From a virus: 64,000 nt of DNA. The notes below the pieces were generated by a model. It was not told the DNA's origin. It made no database searches and saw nothing but the letters and a program-made list of their open reading frames with translations. The translations under genes and the position numbers were made by a program. The DNA is taken from IMG/VR virus record IMGVR_UViG_3300042691_022081, positions 6,872-70,871 of that record. One strand, given 5' to 3'. This document shows positions 28,063 through 38,205 of this stretch, piece after piece. Each line of letters starts with the position of its first letter. Within the stretch, counting starts at the first letter, position 1.

Positions 28063-29966
28063 AAAGGTCTTCCATCCATCACTGTAGTTGGAGTTGAAAT
28101 GATAGGAATTACAGTTCGTTTGTAAGTTCCTTTAATAAACTTTTCAACATAGGGATTAGTAATGTTAATAATATCAGTTTTTCTTAACCATTTTTCATAC
28201 ATCTGATCCTGTTGATGACTAACGGAAATTCTATCTTTGATTTCGTAAACAACGTGGGCGTTTTCCCATCTATCAATGTCAACACTAGATACTATGCTGT
28301 ACGGGTATTTGTTTTTGTTGTTTTTAATAAATGCTTTTTGCAGCTCTTCAATGCTAGGATCTAAGGCAGATATTTCTCTTCCTATATTGATACCTAAAGA
28401 TATAAAATAATCTGCGTTGTCGTAAATTTCATTGCCACCATAACTTTCTGATAAAGTCAATGCAATTACGTTCCCCCATTTTTCATTACTAGGTATCTCA
28501 CCGTGTGTTAGATAATTTATTAGAATTTCTTCAACATTTTCTAACAAGTGTCTTCCTACAGGATCTGTTTTTAATGCATGATACAATTTATCATAGAATG
28601 TTCTGTAAGACACACCCTTCATATGATATAGATATCTAGATATTAATTGAGTATAACCGCTGTAATGAAATTGACTCATCATCCACGCATAACTTAAACA
28701 GTCAGCTAAATCTTGTCTTGAAGCAGAATCAGTTTCACATACCATGGCTATATCTTCATGACTGTTATCTTCATCGTCCCATTTTCTTTCTTCTAAACTT
28801 CTGTACATATCTCTAGGATAAATTAGTTTAATACCGTATTTGCTTCGATATTCTTCACTGTCCATTTCGCTATTGGGAATAACTGTACATAGATATGTTT
28901 TTATTGAATCGTGTTGACCTAATTCAGTAAGTTTCATTAGACCGTTTATATAAGTTTCTTTTGTTTCTAAAGGTAAGCCAAGGACTAATTCAGTGTAGTA
29001 TCGAATGCCGTATTTTCTGCTTAGTTCATAAACTCTTTCAAGATTGTTTAAGCCCATGTTAATTCTTTTGCTGGCTTCCAGCGTAGGCTCGTGTAGACTT
29101 TGAATAGCTATTTCAAGTCCGTAAGTCCACTCTTGAATAATTTTTTCCATTTCAAAGCAATGTTCATTTAAATTTTTTGCATGATTAAATGTAACACGAC
29201 GTATTTTGCTTCCTGGTGTTTCAACTGCATGTCTAATCATCCACGCTATTTCTACGTCTCGTTCTTTTAAAATTCCGCTATTAGCATCAATAACAAAAAT
29301 CCAATGAATGTTGTGTGTTATAGCCCATTCAATTTCATGTGCTACTCTATCTAAATTAAAAACTTTTAATTTGTTTAGATAATCTGCGCCCCAACCACAA
29401 AAAGTACAATGATAAGGACAACCTCTATTTGTCTCTAACATCATGAACCACATTACATCTGGGTTGTCAGCAATAATTTTATCAAAGAATCCAGTTGTGT
29501 ACGGACTAGGATAATCGGAAATATTTGTTTGACGCGGGTTGTTCCAATAACGATGTATAGGCTCATTATCTACAACCATCTTTAACAATTTAGCCCATGC
29601 TTCTTCGCCTTCACCAAACATAGCAACATCAATAAAATCATGTTTTAACCATGTTTCATTAATGCTAGGCCCACCAAAAACAATTAAACAATTAGGCCAT
29701 CTTTTTTTAATTTTTTTTGCAAGAGATATATTCCAATTATGGTTCCAAACATAAGTGCTAAATCCAACAATATCAGGGTTATCTATTCTGTTTAGTACAT
29801 CTACCTGACGCTCTCGTTTCCAAACAACATCTTTTAAAGTAAAATTGTTTTTTACATATTCAAATTGATTTGCGTATGCCCATATACAGCCCACACTAAA
29901 AGGCAAATAGTGTTCGTTGAGAACACCTGAGGTAATTTCGGGCTGAATCAAGTAGACAGATTTCAT
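28059..29966 (-). CDS. B12-binding-domain (class B) radical SAM protein
   Basis: N-terminal YLPFSVG...GFSTYVWN...VFGGP...GEGE; ETNRGCPYHCTFC; LGLPLET. Confidence 0.88.
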   Translation of the reverse strand: MKSVYLIQPEITSGVLNEHYLPFSVGCIWAYANQFEYVKNNFTLKDVVWKRERQVDVLNRIDNPDIVGFSTYVWNHNWNISLAKKIKKRWPNCLIVFGGPSINETWLKHDFIDVAMFGEGEEAWAKLLKMVVDNEPIHRYWNNPRQTNISDYPSPYTTGFFDKIIADNPDVMWFMMLETNRGCPYHCTFCGWGADYLNKLKVFNLDRVAHEIEWAITHNIHWIFVIDANSGILKERDVEIAWMIRHAVETPGSKIRRVTFNHAKNLNEHCFEMEKIIQEWTYGLEIAIQSLHEPTLEASKRINMGLNNLERVYELSRKYGIRYYTELVLGLPLETKETYINGLMKLTELGQHDSIKTYLCTVIPNSEMDSEEYRSKYGIKLIYPRDMYRSLEERKWDDEDNSHEDIAMVCETDSASRQDLADCLSYAWMMSQFHYSGYTQLISRYLYHMKGVSYRTFYDKLYHALKTDPVGRHLLENVEEILINYLTHGEIPSNEKWGNVIALTLSESYGGNEIYDNADYFISLGINIGREISALDPSIEELQKAFIKNNKNKYPYSIVSSVDIDRWENAHVVYEIKDRISVSHQQDQMYEKWLRKTDIINITNPYVEKFIKGTYKRTVIPIISTPTTVMDGRPL

Positions 29967-30026
29967 ATATAATTTCAGTTCTTTTAAGACTTGATATTTA
30001 TCGGGTTAAATAATCGCAAAGAAAAT

Positions 30027-31196
30027 ATGAAACATCCTAAATTATTATATCCATTCGTTGTAAATTCAAATTGGTCAAAAACCCGTGTGATTGAATCTTA
30101 CAGTCAGTTTAGTTACACAGATAGCGGAAAAGATATTTTAGATCTAAGTCTTGGAAATGCTGGCTGTTTTATGCTAGGATTTAATAGAAAAGACATAATA
30201 GATTACGTCAGTGAACAGATGCTTAAAAACCCGTTTGTAAGCGGGGAGTATATGACTACCAATGAAGCTGTCTTAAATTTATCTGAAAAGCTATTTGATC
30301 TGAGCAATGGCTACAAATCGTTGTTTACCTTATCTGGAAGTGATGCTGTTGAAAGTGCTATTAAATTAGCAACAATGTACAACCCAGACAGGCAAAAAAT
30401 CATAGGCTTCCAAAGTTCTTATCATGGAAGTACTTTTTTAGTTTCAAGTATAGGCTCTATTCCTGAGATGACTCAGCATTGGGGTAAACACATAAATTGT
30501 TGTGTACTTCCTTCTTTTGATATAGAACTTATAAGAAAAGAAATAAGTGATGCAAATTGTATAGTTATAGAATCATGCTCTTGGAATAACGGTTTAGATA
30601 CGTTGTCTGATGAATTTTGGAAAGAACTTAGAGCTTTATGTACAGAAAATAATGTAGTTTTAATTATAGATGATATTGCCATGTGCGGCGGCAAGACAGG
30701 AAAATTCTTTGGGTTTAATCCATATGCTAATCCAGATATTTTTTGTTTAGGTAAATCGTTTTCAGGAGGATATTTTCCTTTAAGTGCCTGCCTTGTAAAT
30801 GATAAAATTTATCAGTCTGTTAAGGATAAATTTTTAGCTCACGGATTTACATATTCTTTTTCTCTAAGCGGTGTATATTGTACCTTAAAATACTTAGAAA
30901 TTTTAGAAAAAGAAAACCATTATGAAAATTTTGAAAGCACTCTTGCTAGAGCAAAATTTGTAATGGATAATTTAGTTAGTAATGGATCTGTGTTAAGTTA
31001 TAAAAATTATGGTTTAGTTTTTAAATTAACAATTAAACCTACGGCAGAAGAAGTTTTTTATAATAATGGTATTAATGTTGGAGTATGGAATAGTAAAAGT
31101 GATACATCAATATTACTGATTGTTCCGTTAAATGCATCCTCTGAATATTTTAATAAATTGCAAACTAGATTACAGAACGCCTGTTCCCTTTCCTAG
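30027..31196 (+). CDS. Class-III PLP-dependent aminotransferase
   Basis: SGSDAVESAIK, SYHGST, LIIDDIA..GGKTG and PDIFCLGKSFSGGYFPLSA (PLP Lys); likely start at 30027. Confidence 0.88.
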   Translation: MKHPKLLYPFVVNSNWSKTRVIESYSQFSYTDSGKDILDLSLGNAGCFMLGFNRKDIIDYVSEQMLKNPFVSGEYMTTNEAVLNLSEKLFDLSNGYKSLFTLSGSDAVESAIKLATMYNPDRQKIIGFQSSYHGSTFLVSSIGSIPEMTQHWGKHINCCVLPSFDIELIRKEISDANCIVIESCSWNNGLDTLSDEFWKELRALCTENNVVLIIDDIAMCGGKTGKFFGFNPYANPDIFCLGKSFSGGYFPLSACLVNDKIYQSVKDKFLAHGFTYSFSLSGVYCTLKYLEILEKENHYENFESTLARAKFVMDNLVSNGSVLSYKNYGLVFKLTIKPTAEEVFYNNGINVGVWNSKSDTSILLIVPLNASSEYFNKLQTRLQNACSLS

Positions 31197-32232
31197 AAAC
31201 ATCTAGCGTAAGGCAATGTATCCCAGCTTCCCAAAACATTCCGTGTCGTTGCTTGACAACATGGCAATTAACATTATGTCTTGCTAGTAGTTCAAAAACT
31301 TTAGGTTGTTCTGTTGAAAAAATTATATTATTAGAATCTACCACAAGAACATTTGTTTCAAAAGCTACATCTTGTGCATAACCCTTCCATTCGAGAAACC
31401 ACTGTTCTAACCACTCAAGTGAACTTTGATCCTTTATGCTATGAGTTTTTTGAATGAAGTTTTGATAATTAAATGGTTCAAACATACCGTCAAGCTCTAT
31501 AATATTTTTGTTACGCAATACCTCAGGGACCCAAGTTTCATTCATGCAAATAACAGTATTATCATCTATCATATAAAACCCATGGTCAATATGACCCCAG
31601 TTATCTACTTTAGTATTATCGTTGTTAATTATAGTTGCATCACAGTTTCTTTTCATCCATTCTAAACCTAGTTGCGTACCAGGTCCAGCATTATTAGTAA
31701 TCAATGCATCTCCACATTTAAACATAGTTGCGGTATGCCACAGAATTTTATCTTTGTACAAATTACTATAAATCGTAGGGCCTTCCACATACCATTTATA
31801 TTTGTCTGTAAAGTTAGTCAATACCGGCGGAGGTTGACTGAGCCAATTATATCCTTGTTTAAATAGATCAGCAAATATTTCATAATAATGTAAACTATCT
31901 ATATATCTGTCTGGCATACTTGTGTAAGTTTGATATAAAGTATTCCCATAGGCAAAATATTGATCTCGAGGAACAACAGGGTTAGTTGCCATTAAAACTT
32001 TAAATGTTGGAAATTCGACTAATGCAGGTAAATTATAAACAACAGGACGGTATACTGTTACACCTAACTTTGTTAGGGTATTTGCAAGATTATCTAAATC
32101 TTCTTTAGTTTCTCGTAAAATTTGATTTAAAAGTTCTCTTGCATCGCCTGTTATTTGCCAAGACTCGGGTACTTGTGTGTAGCAATTGCCTACTATAATT
32201 TTTTCTAAAGGATCCCAGTTGGTGTAAATCAT
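31165..32232 (-). CDS. Amidinotransferase (glycine / inosamine-phosphate amidinotransferase family)
   Basis: WDPLEKIIVG, PRD, GHID, ETNVL and C-terminal GIHCLTLD (catalytic Cys). Confidence 0.85.
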   Translation of the reverse strand: MIYTNWDPLEKIIVGNCYTQVPESWQITGDARELLNQILRETKEDLDNLANTLTKLGVTVYRPVVYNLPALVEFPTFKVLMATNPVVPRDQYFAYGNTLYQTYTSMPDRYIDSLHYYEIFADLFKQGYNWLSQPPPVLTNFTDKYKWYVEGPTIYSNLYKDKILWHTATMFKCGDALITNNAGPGTQLGLEWMKRNCDATIINNDNTKVDNWGHIDHGFYMIDDNTVICMNETWVPEVLRNKNIIELDGMFEPFNYQNFIQKTHSIKDQSSLEWLEQWFLEWKGYAQDVAFETNVLVVDSNNIIFSTEQPKVFELLARHNVNCHVVKQRHGMFWEAGIHCLTLDVSRKGNRRSVI

Positions 32233-32834
32233 ACGTTAACAATAAGTCCAAGGTTAATTAGAAATCTGTTTTTATTAGATTTATTGTAGCCTTCATGCCA
32301 AACATCAAAATCATTTACAAAACAAACTCCTTCACAGAAGTTTGTTTCTATACGATATAAATCTGATCCGTTTTTATCAGTATAAAAAAATGTTGATTGA
32401 CTTGGATCGTCTTGTTCTATAAAATATATTATCAAAGTAATTATTTGTATTCTAGAATCTATATGTTTGTCTATTTGAAATCCTGGTTCGTCACGCAAAT
32501 ATTGTCCGCCCCATAATGTTTTATCAAACATTTTTTCAGGAGACCAGCCGTCCCAATTACTTTGCATATCTTTGTTATTTTGATATAACTGAGTAATTAT
32601 TTGTTTTTTAATTTCGTCCGACGAAAGGAAATGCAATATTTCTTTTAAAATTATACTTGTTGGAGATCCAAGTGTTGATCTACATAAATGAGGATTGCCA
32701 GCTTTCTCTGTATAGTTAGCATGGCTATTCCACTGTTCGTTTTCAAGTTCTTGTGATATCTGTTGATAACTATAAGGAATCTCTAATTTAACTTTTTCTA
32801 AGTTATGGCGTATTTGGTTTAATATTAATTTCAT
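32229..32834 (-). CDS. 2OG-Fe(II) oxygenase
   Basis: KHID...WHEG...NR (HxD...H...R). Confidence 0.75.
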   Translation of the reverse strand: MKLILNQIRHNLEKVKLEIPYSYQQISQELENEQWNSHANYTEKAGNPHLCRSTLGSPTSIILKEILHFLSSDEIKKQIITQLYQNNKDMQSNWDGWSPEKMFDKTLWGGQYLRDEPGFQIDKHIDSRIQIITLIIYFIEQDDPSQSTFFYTDKNGSDLYRIETNFCEGVCFVNDFDVWHEGYNKSNKNRFLINLGLIVNV

Positions 32835-34291
32835 GATGATAATTTTTTGTTTATATATCTCTGTAAAAATAACTCCATCTCGCCATTAGGAGATAGGTCT
32901 TGGTGTTTAGAAAATGTTTGGATCTTGTTTAAATCATTGTCTGTGATTAGGCCAAAATCTCCCCAGTGCCAAATACTTACACCCATTCTTGCTTTGTTTT
33001 TTTCGTATGCTTTATTACAAGCCTCCACGGCCCATTTTAATGTCATATGATCATTTTCCCAGCTTAATAACTCTTCTGCATATTTTTTCGATGCTCGAGA
33101 ATTTTTTGGTTGATCAGATTCAACTTCTCGATAGCCTAATTCTTTCCAGTTCGATGAAATAAATGAAGGTTTAGCATCCATAGGATCTATAGGAATTTCT
33201 AGTGCATAATATCCAACACCTTCGTTCGTTTGTAACCATTCATCCTCAGACCACTTTACCCCAGCTTCCCATGTTTCTTTAGTTTCGTTAGGCAATCCAC
33301 ATATTAAATTCATTACAGCACGGTAAGGACGGATAGCATTAAAATGTTTTTTGACTGCTAGTAACCCTTCCTTTATTTTTTCAGGATCCATGCCCTTGCC
33401 AATTGCAGAACCTGCTTTTTTATAAAGAGTTTCAACTCCATACATATGACCAAAGAAACCTAATCTAATTAACGGATCCCACGTATCTCTATGTGTGACT
33501 AATAGATCTGCCCTAATAAAGCCATGTGTTCTTAATTCAAAAGGAAACCTGTCGGCAATCTTAGCATACTTTTCCAGTAATTCTTTATCTTGGTTAGGGG
33601 TTTCATCTGCAACATAATAATGTTTAATACCAAACCTTTCGTAGGCATCTCTAATTTGATAGTCCCAATCTTCGGCGGTTCTACTGTGATCTTCTTTTAC
33701 TCCTAGTATAGGGTAGTTACAAAATTTACAACTAAATTTACATCCTCTAGAAAATTCAAAAGTTAACCACTCCCAAGATTCTATGTAATCTCTGTCTTCA
33801 TATATTACTCTAAGACTGTTCATTGGAAAACTAGGATATGTTTCGTTGGCTACAACTAGTTTTTTGTTACCAAACCATCTTACATCGAAAGCAATTTTAT
33901 TTCCATTACCAGTGAAGGATCTGGCTAGTTCTAACATAGCCTTTTCGCCATAACCTACAACGTAATAATCGACACCTTTAGAATCAAATCTAGGAAATGT
34001 ATGACTACCATAAATTATGTTAACAGCAGGATAATTCTGTTTAACCCATACACAAAATTCATCTATATGATCATTCCATACACCAAAAAAAGCACCAAAC
34101 CCAAAGAATTTTGTATGGCTTGTTATACGCGATTTAGCTAGTTCTTTAAGTTGATCTAAAGTCCAAAAACTAGCAAAGTCGACAACTTCAACGTCCCAAC
34201 CTTGCTCTCTTAAATAACTGGCTATTCTGTGTGGGCCTACAAATCGATGCGGCATCATAGAATGTAATCCAAATATTACAGCGTGATTCAT
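32831..34291 (-). CDS. B12-binding-type radical SAM protein (paralog A)
   Basis: GPHRIASYLR, GYGEKA, SRGCKFSCKFC, ADET and ICGLP motifs. Confidence 0.85.
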   Translation of the reverse strand: MNHAVIFGLHSMMPHRFVGPHRIASYLREQGWDVEVVDFASFWTLDQLKELAKSRITSHTKFFGFGAFFGVWNDHIDEFCVWVKQNYPAVNIIYGSHTFPRFDSKGVDYYVVGYGEKAMLELARSFTGNGNKIAFDVRWFGNKKLVVANETYPSFPMNSLRVIYEDRDYIESWEWLTFEFSRGCKFSCKFCNYPILGVKEDHSRTAEDWDYQIRDAYERFGIKHYYVADETPNQDKELLEKYAKIADRFPFELRTHGFIRADLLVTHRDTWDPLIRLGFFGHMYGVETLYKKAGSAIGKGMDPEKIKEGLLAVKKHFNAIRPYRAVMNLICGLPNETKETWEAGVKWSEDEWLQTNEGVGYYALEIPIDPMDAKPSFISSNWKELGYREVESDQPKNSRASKKYAEELLSWENDHMTLKWAVEACNKAYEKNKARMGVSIWHWGDFGLITDNDLNKIQTFSKHQDLSPNGEMELFLQRYINKKLSS

Positions 34292-35760
34292 TTTTTCTTC
34301 CAGTCTATTTTTTTAGTAATATATCTAGACAAAAAATCTTCAATTTCATTATTATCTGACACATCATCATTTTTGTGATAGGTACCTATTAATTTTAAAT
34401 CTCCCTTAGCTTTAAGACTAAACGGCCCCCAATGCCACGGCCCTAACATGTTTACTGACTTTGTTCTTGCATAATTTTCTTGACATATATGATATACTTC
34501 TTCCATAGACCAATGGTCTGTTTCCCAATCTAATATAGATTGGCTAAAGACATTCTTAAAATAATAATCAGAAATCTTTCCCTTCAAATCTCTGTGTGCA
34601 GGCCTATATCCGTATTTTTTATAATTTGTTGAAAAAAATGATAGTTTAGAATCTTTTGGGTCTGTTGGAATTTCTAAAACATTAAAATTCATATGTTGTC
34701 CTGCCCAATTTTTATGTAACCATTGAACACCCGCTTCCCAGGTTTCTCTTGTTTCATAAGGCAAACCACAAATTAAACTTATTTGTCCTCTATAGACATC
34801 TCTATCACTAAAATATTTTTTAACTTTAAGAAGGCCTTCTTGTAGTTTAGCTGGATTCATGCCCTTTCCAATAACTGCTCCCGATTTTTTATTAAATGTT
34901 TCAATACCGTAATGATGTCCTTTAACTCCAATTTTTAAAAGTAAGTCCCAAGTATCTTCATTGTTTACTAAAAGATCTGCTCGTATAAACCCGTGCATTC
35001 TTACATTAAAATTAAATTTATCAGATACATTTGCATACCTTCTTAACATTTCTTTATCTTGATTAATTGTTTCATCTGCAACATAGTAATTGCTTACTCC
35101 AAATCTTTCGTAGGCATCTCTAATTTGATAATCAAAGTCTTGGTCCGATCTACTGTGATCTTCTTTTACTCCTAGAATAGGAAAATTGCAAAAAGCGCAA
35201 CTAAATTTACAACCTCGAGATAATTCTGTTGTGAGCCACTCCCAGGACTCTATGTAGTCCCTATCTTCATATTTTACCAATAAAGATGGCATAGGAAAAG
35301 CTGGATAAGTTTCGTTAGCAACAATTAATTTTTTATCACCAAACCACCTTGGATCGAAAGCTATTTTGTTTCCGTTACCAGTAAAAGATCTAGCTAGTTC
35401 TAACATAGCCTTTTCACCGTACCCAATAACGTAATAGTCTATACTTTTACATTGAAATGATGGATAGGTCATACTGCCATATATGAGTTTTACATTAGGC
35501 CATTGCTGTTTAATCCAATCGCAAAATTGAGTAGCAACATCATCCCAATGACCAAACCAACAACTTAAACCTAGAAATTTAGTTTCGCTAGTAATTCTAG
35601 ATTTGGCTAGTTCTTTGAGTTGATCTAAACTCCATTTTAGAGCGAAGTCGATGACCTCAACGTCCCAATCTTGCTCTCGTAGATAACTGGCTATTCTATG
35701 CGGCCCCATGGGTCTATGGGGAATGGCATTGTGAATAGAAAAAATTAAGGCATGATTCAT
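34288..35760 (-). CDS. B12-binding-type radical SAM protein (paralog B)
   Basis: SRGCKFSCAFC; tandem paralog of 32831-34291. Confidence 0.85.
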   Translation of the reverse strand: MNHALIFSIHNAIPHRPMGPHRIASYLREQDWDVEVIDFALKWSLDQLKELAKSRITSETKFLGLSCWFGHWDDVATQFCDWIKQQWPNVKLIYGSMTYPSFQCKSIDYYVIGYGEKAMLELARSFTGNGNKIAFDPRWFGDKKLIVANETYPAFPMPSLLVKYEDRDYIESWEWLTTELSRGCKFSCAFCNFPILGVKEDHSRSDQDFDYQIRDAYERFGVSNYYVADETINQDKEMLRRYANVSDKFNFNVRMHGFIRADLLVNNEDTWDLLLKIGVKGHHYGIETFNKKSGAVIGKGMNPAKLQEGLLKVKKYFSDRDVYRGQISLICGLPYETRETWEAGVQWLHKNWAGQHMNFNVLEIPTDPKDSKLSFFSTNYKKYGYRPAHRDLKGKISDYYFKNVFSQSILDWETDHWSMEEVYHICQENYARTKSVNMLGPWHWGPFSLKAKGDLKLIGTYHKNDDVSDNNEIEDFLSRYITKKIDWKKK

Positions 35761-35818
35761 TTATTTTTTTGGTAGTTTTTTTGTCAATAAATACTTATCT
35801 AAAAGAAAACCAACGTTT

Positions 35819-36421
35819 ATGACTATTGATTTATTTCCATTAAGCATTTATAAAACAGAATATCATGAAAATTTAGAAGACATAAAAGATGTACTTCTGC
35901 CTATGATAAACTCCAATTATAATCACTCCTTGGAAAATAATCAAGGATCAATGAGGGGACAGGGCGTGTGCTCGTATGTGTCCAAAAGAGATTTACACAA
36001 ATTACAAGAATTTAAAAAAGTTGTAGATTTTATCGAAACTCATGCAAAAATATATCATAAAAAATTAAATTTTAGTGATGCTTATGTTCCTAAAGTTTGC
36101 GAAATGTGGTTTAATGTTTACAAAGAAGGATCTTTTATTGATGTACATAATCATGCACCTATTGACATGACTGCAACGTTCTACATTAGTAAGCAACCAA
36201 AAAATGCAAATTTAGTTTTTGAAAATCCATTAACAACAATACTTAAATTCCAGCCTTATCATATAGATAGAGATCAATACCATAATTTATTTGAACACGA
36301 AGTTGACACCAAATCTGGAGATTTAATTATTTTTCCAGGGTGGGTGAATCATAAAACTAGACCTAATCTAAATAGCGAAGACAGAATTATTATCGGAGCC
36401 AATCTTTCATGCAGAGATTAA
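35819..36421 (+). CDS. Putative 2OG-Fe(II) oxygenase (TIGR02466-like)
   Basis: LFP..IY, WFNVY, HNH and GDLIIFPGWVNH...RIII motifs. Confidence 0.82.
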   Translation: MTIDLFPLSIYKTEYHENLEDIKDVLLPMINSNYNHSLENNQGSMRGQGVCSYVSKRDLHKLQEFKKVVDFIETHAKIYHKKLNFSDAYVPKVCEMWFNVYKEGSFIDVHNHAPIDMTATFYISKQPKNANLVFENPLTTILKFQPYHIDRDQYHNLFEHEVDTKSGDLIIFPGWVNHKTRPNLNSEDRIIIGANLSCRD

Positions 36422-37047
36422 ACGAATCTGAATTAATGATAAATCCTGAAAATGTAAAAGCATTTTTAAATGGTGATAAGAGTTATGGTATAACAGGGTT
36501 TCTTGAACTATACGAAAAATATGTGAATATTAACTCTGGTAAAATTATTGATTTAGGATCAGGTACAGCAGAGTACCTTATTGCTTTAGAAAGCAAATAC
36601 CCAAAGCTCAATATTTTGGGATTTGACGGAAGTGAGCAAATGGTAAAAATAGCACAAGATTTAATTGAATATCACAGTAGCGGTGTATGTGTTCGTCATA
36701 AAAATTTTTCTGATGTTGAAGACAAAGCAGACTGTGTAATATCTACAAATACTCTACATCATATTCATGATACTAAAACTTTTTGGAACTGTGTTAAAAA
36801 CATTAGTAATATGTGTTTTATTTTTGATTTCTTACGACCAGAAAATACTGATCAGGCAAAATCTATAGTTGAATATTATGCATCCAACGAATCAAAATTA
36901 TTTCAGCAAGATTATTATAATTCATTACTAGCATCTTTTAGTTTAGAAGAAATTGAAGAGCAAATTAAAGATACTAATTTAAAAATAGAAGTAGTAAAAG
37001 GAAAACACCAGTTTGCAAGGTCAATCGTAATTTACGGAAATATATGA
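36409..37047 (+). CDS. Class I SAM-dependent methyltransferase
   Basis: IIDLGSGTA, GFDGSEQM, NTLHHI and DFLRP motifs. Confidence 0.88.
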   Translation: MQRLNESELMINPENVKAFLNGDKSYGITGFLELYEKYVNINSGKIIDLGSGTAEYLIALESKYPKLNILGFDGSEQMVKIAQDLIEYHSSGVCVRHKNFSDVEDKADCVISTNTLHHIHDTKTFWNCVKNISNMCFIFDFLRPENTDQAKSIVEYYASNESKLFQQDYYNSLLASFSLEEIEEQIKDTNLKIEVVKGKHQFARSIVIYGNI

Positions 37048-38039
37048 ATCTAGAAGAAATTATTATAAAATATAATGGTCATGGTTCTCCTTTGACGGTG
37101 CAAGGTCCTACCACAGGTTTTAAAAAATCACAACCTTCTATTAAAATTGCATCTTGCCGTGGTGATTTTGACAATCCTCAAATAATTCAAAATGGAGATC
37201 AGATTGGTGTATTAAAATTTACTGCATATACAGGAGCAACAGGTGAAGCTTTTGTAAATAGTTCATTTATTAGTGCCGTAGTTAACGATGAAAATATTTT
37301 TCCTGGAAAGGAACAGATAGACTCCACGTTAATGTTAGGATCAATAAAATCTATATATGATGGAAACTATGTAACTATTGATCCTAACGGCGTTTTATCT
37401 GCACCTAAAATTATTATAAATTTTAATAAAAATTCTGTAGCTGAAAGAGACACTACTAAAGACTGGTGGCATGCTGGCGGAACAAATTTTGATTATGAAG
37501 TTCCGTTGACTATTAACACTACTTCAACAGGAATAAAAATTAATCAGCAAGGAAATTTTAAACAGCCTGCCTTAACATTTAATTCTTATGACAACAATGC
37601 CTACAAAGCAGGTTGGACATCCTACAATAGATTTAGAGGCACACAAGAAAATCCGTTACCTTGTAAAAATGGAGATTTTGTTTATGCATTTGATTGGATG
37701 GGCAAATCCTGTGAGGAAGATTCTTGGGAATGGGGAATGGCACAAACAGCTATTTTAGATAAAGATCCTGCCCCAGGGTATTTTCCAGTAAGTATGAATT
37801 GGGTTACCAGGACCACTCCGTTTAGTAAACCTGAAGTCAGGATTAAAATTTCAAGTGATGGGGTTCTAACTGCTTATCAGGGTGTAGTTGTAGAAAATAA
37901 ATTAGATTTAAATTTGCAAGAGATTCCAGAAGATTGTATTGATCAAACGAAAGTAAGATATTTTAAAGTTAATCTAAATGGTGTTGAATGTGCTATTGCT
38001 GTCCATCCTCTAATTCAGGATGAATTCCAACCTCTTTAA
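37044..38039 (+). CDS. Tail-fibre / virion-like beta-rich protein with an internal repeat
   Basis: Two copies of RG...NP....NGD (CRGDFDNPQIIQNGDQIG; FRGTQENPLPCKNGDFVY); C-terminal YFKVNLNGVECAIAV. Confidence 0.5.
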   Translation: MNLEEIIIKYNGHGSPLTVQGPTTGFKKSQPSIKIASCRGDFDNPQIIQNGDQIGVLKFTAYTGATGEAFVNSSFISAVVNDENIFPGKEQIDSTLMLGSIKSIYDGNYVTIDPNGVLSAPKIIINFNKNSVAERDTTKDWWHAGGTNFDYEVPLTINTTSTGIKINQQGNFKQPALTFNSYDNNAYKAGWTSYNRFRGTQENPLPCKNGDFVYAFDWMGKSCEEDSWEWGMAQTAILDKDPAPGYFPVSMNWVTRTTPFSKPEVRIKISSDGVLTAYQGVVVENKLDLNLQEIPEDCIDQTKVRYFKVNLNGVECAIAVHPLIQDEFQPL

Positions 38040-38205
38040 TTTTTATAACTTTATCATTCCAGACCCATGTAGTATAATCATAATGTTTTTCAGAACCGCT
38101 AGACTGTGCTTCAGCAAAAACATATAAATTAGTTTCTAGAGAAATTATTGGAACATCATTTTTATAATGATTTATAATTGATTTACATTCTGCAAACTTA
38201 GACAT
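37993..38205 (-). CDS. Small hypothetical protein
   Basis: GAGG RBS upstream; fills the gap after 38172-38978. Confidence 0.5.
   Translation of the reverse strand: MSKFAECKSIINHYKNDVPIISLETNLYVFAEAQSSGSEKHYDYTTWVWNDKVIKIKEVGIHPELEDGQQ

Noticed and set aside
37993-38205. 70-aa ORF as a RiPP precursor for the SPASM/twitch enzymes
   Set aside because: It has no leader/core organisation or repeated Cys/Ser/Trp core, and no RRE/PqqD partner, peptidase or exporter is nearby.
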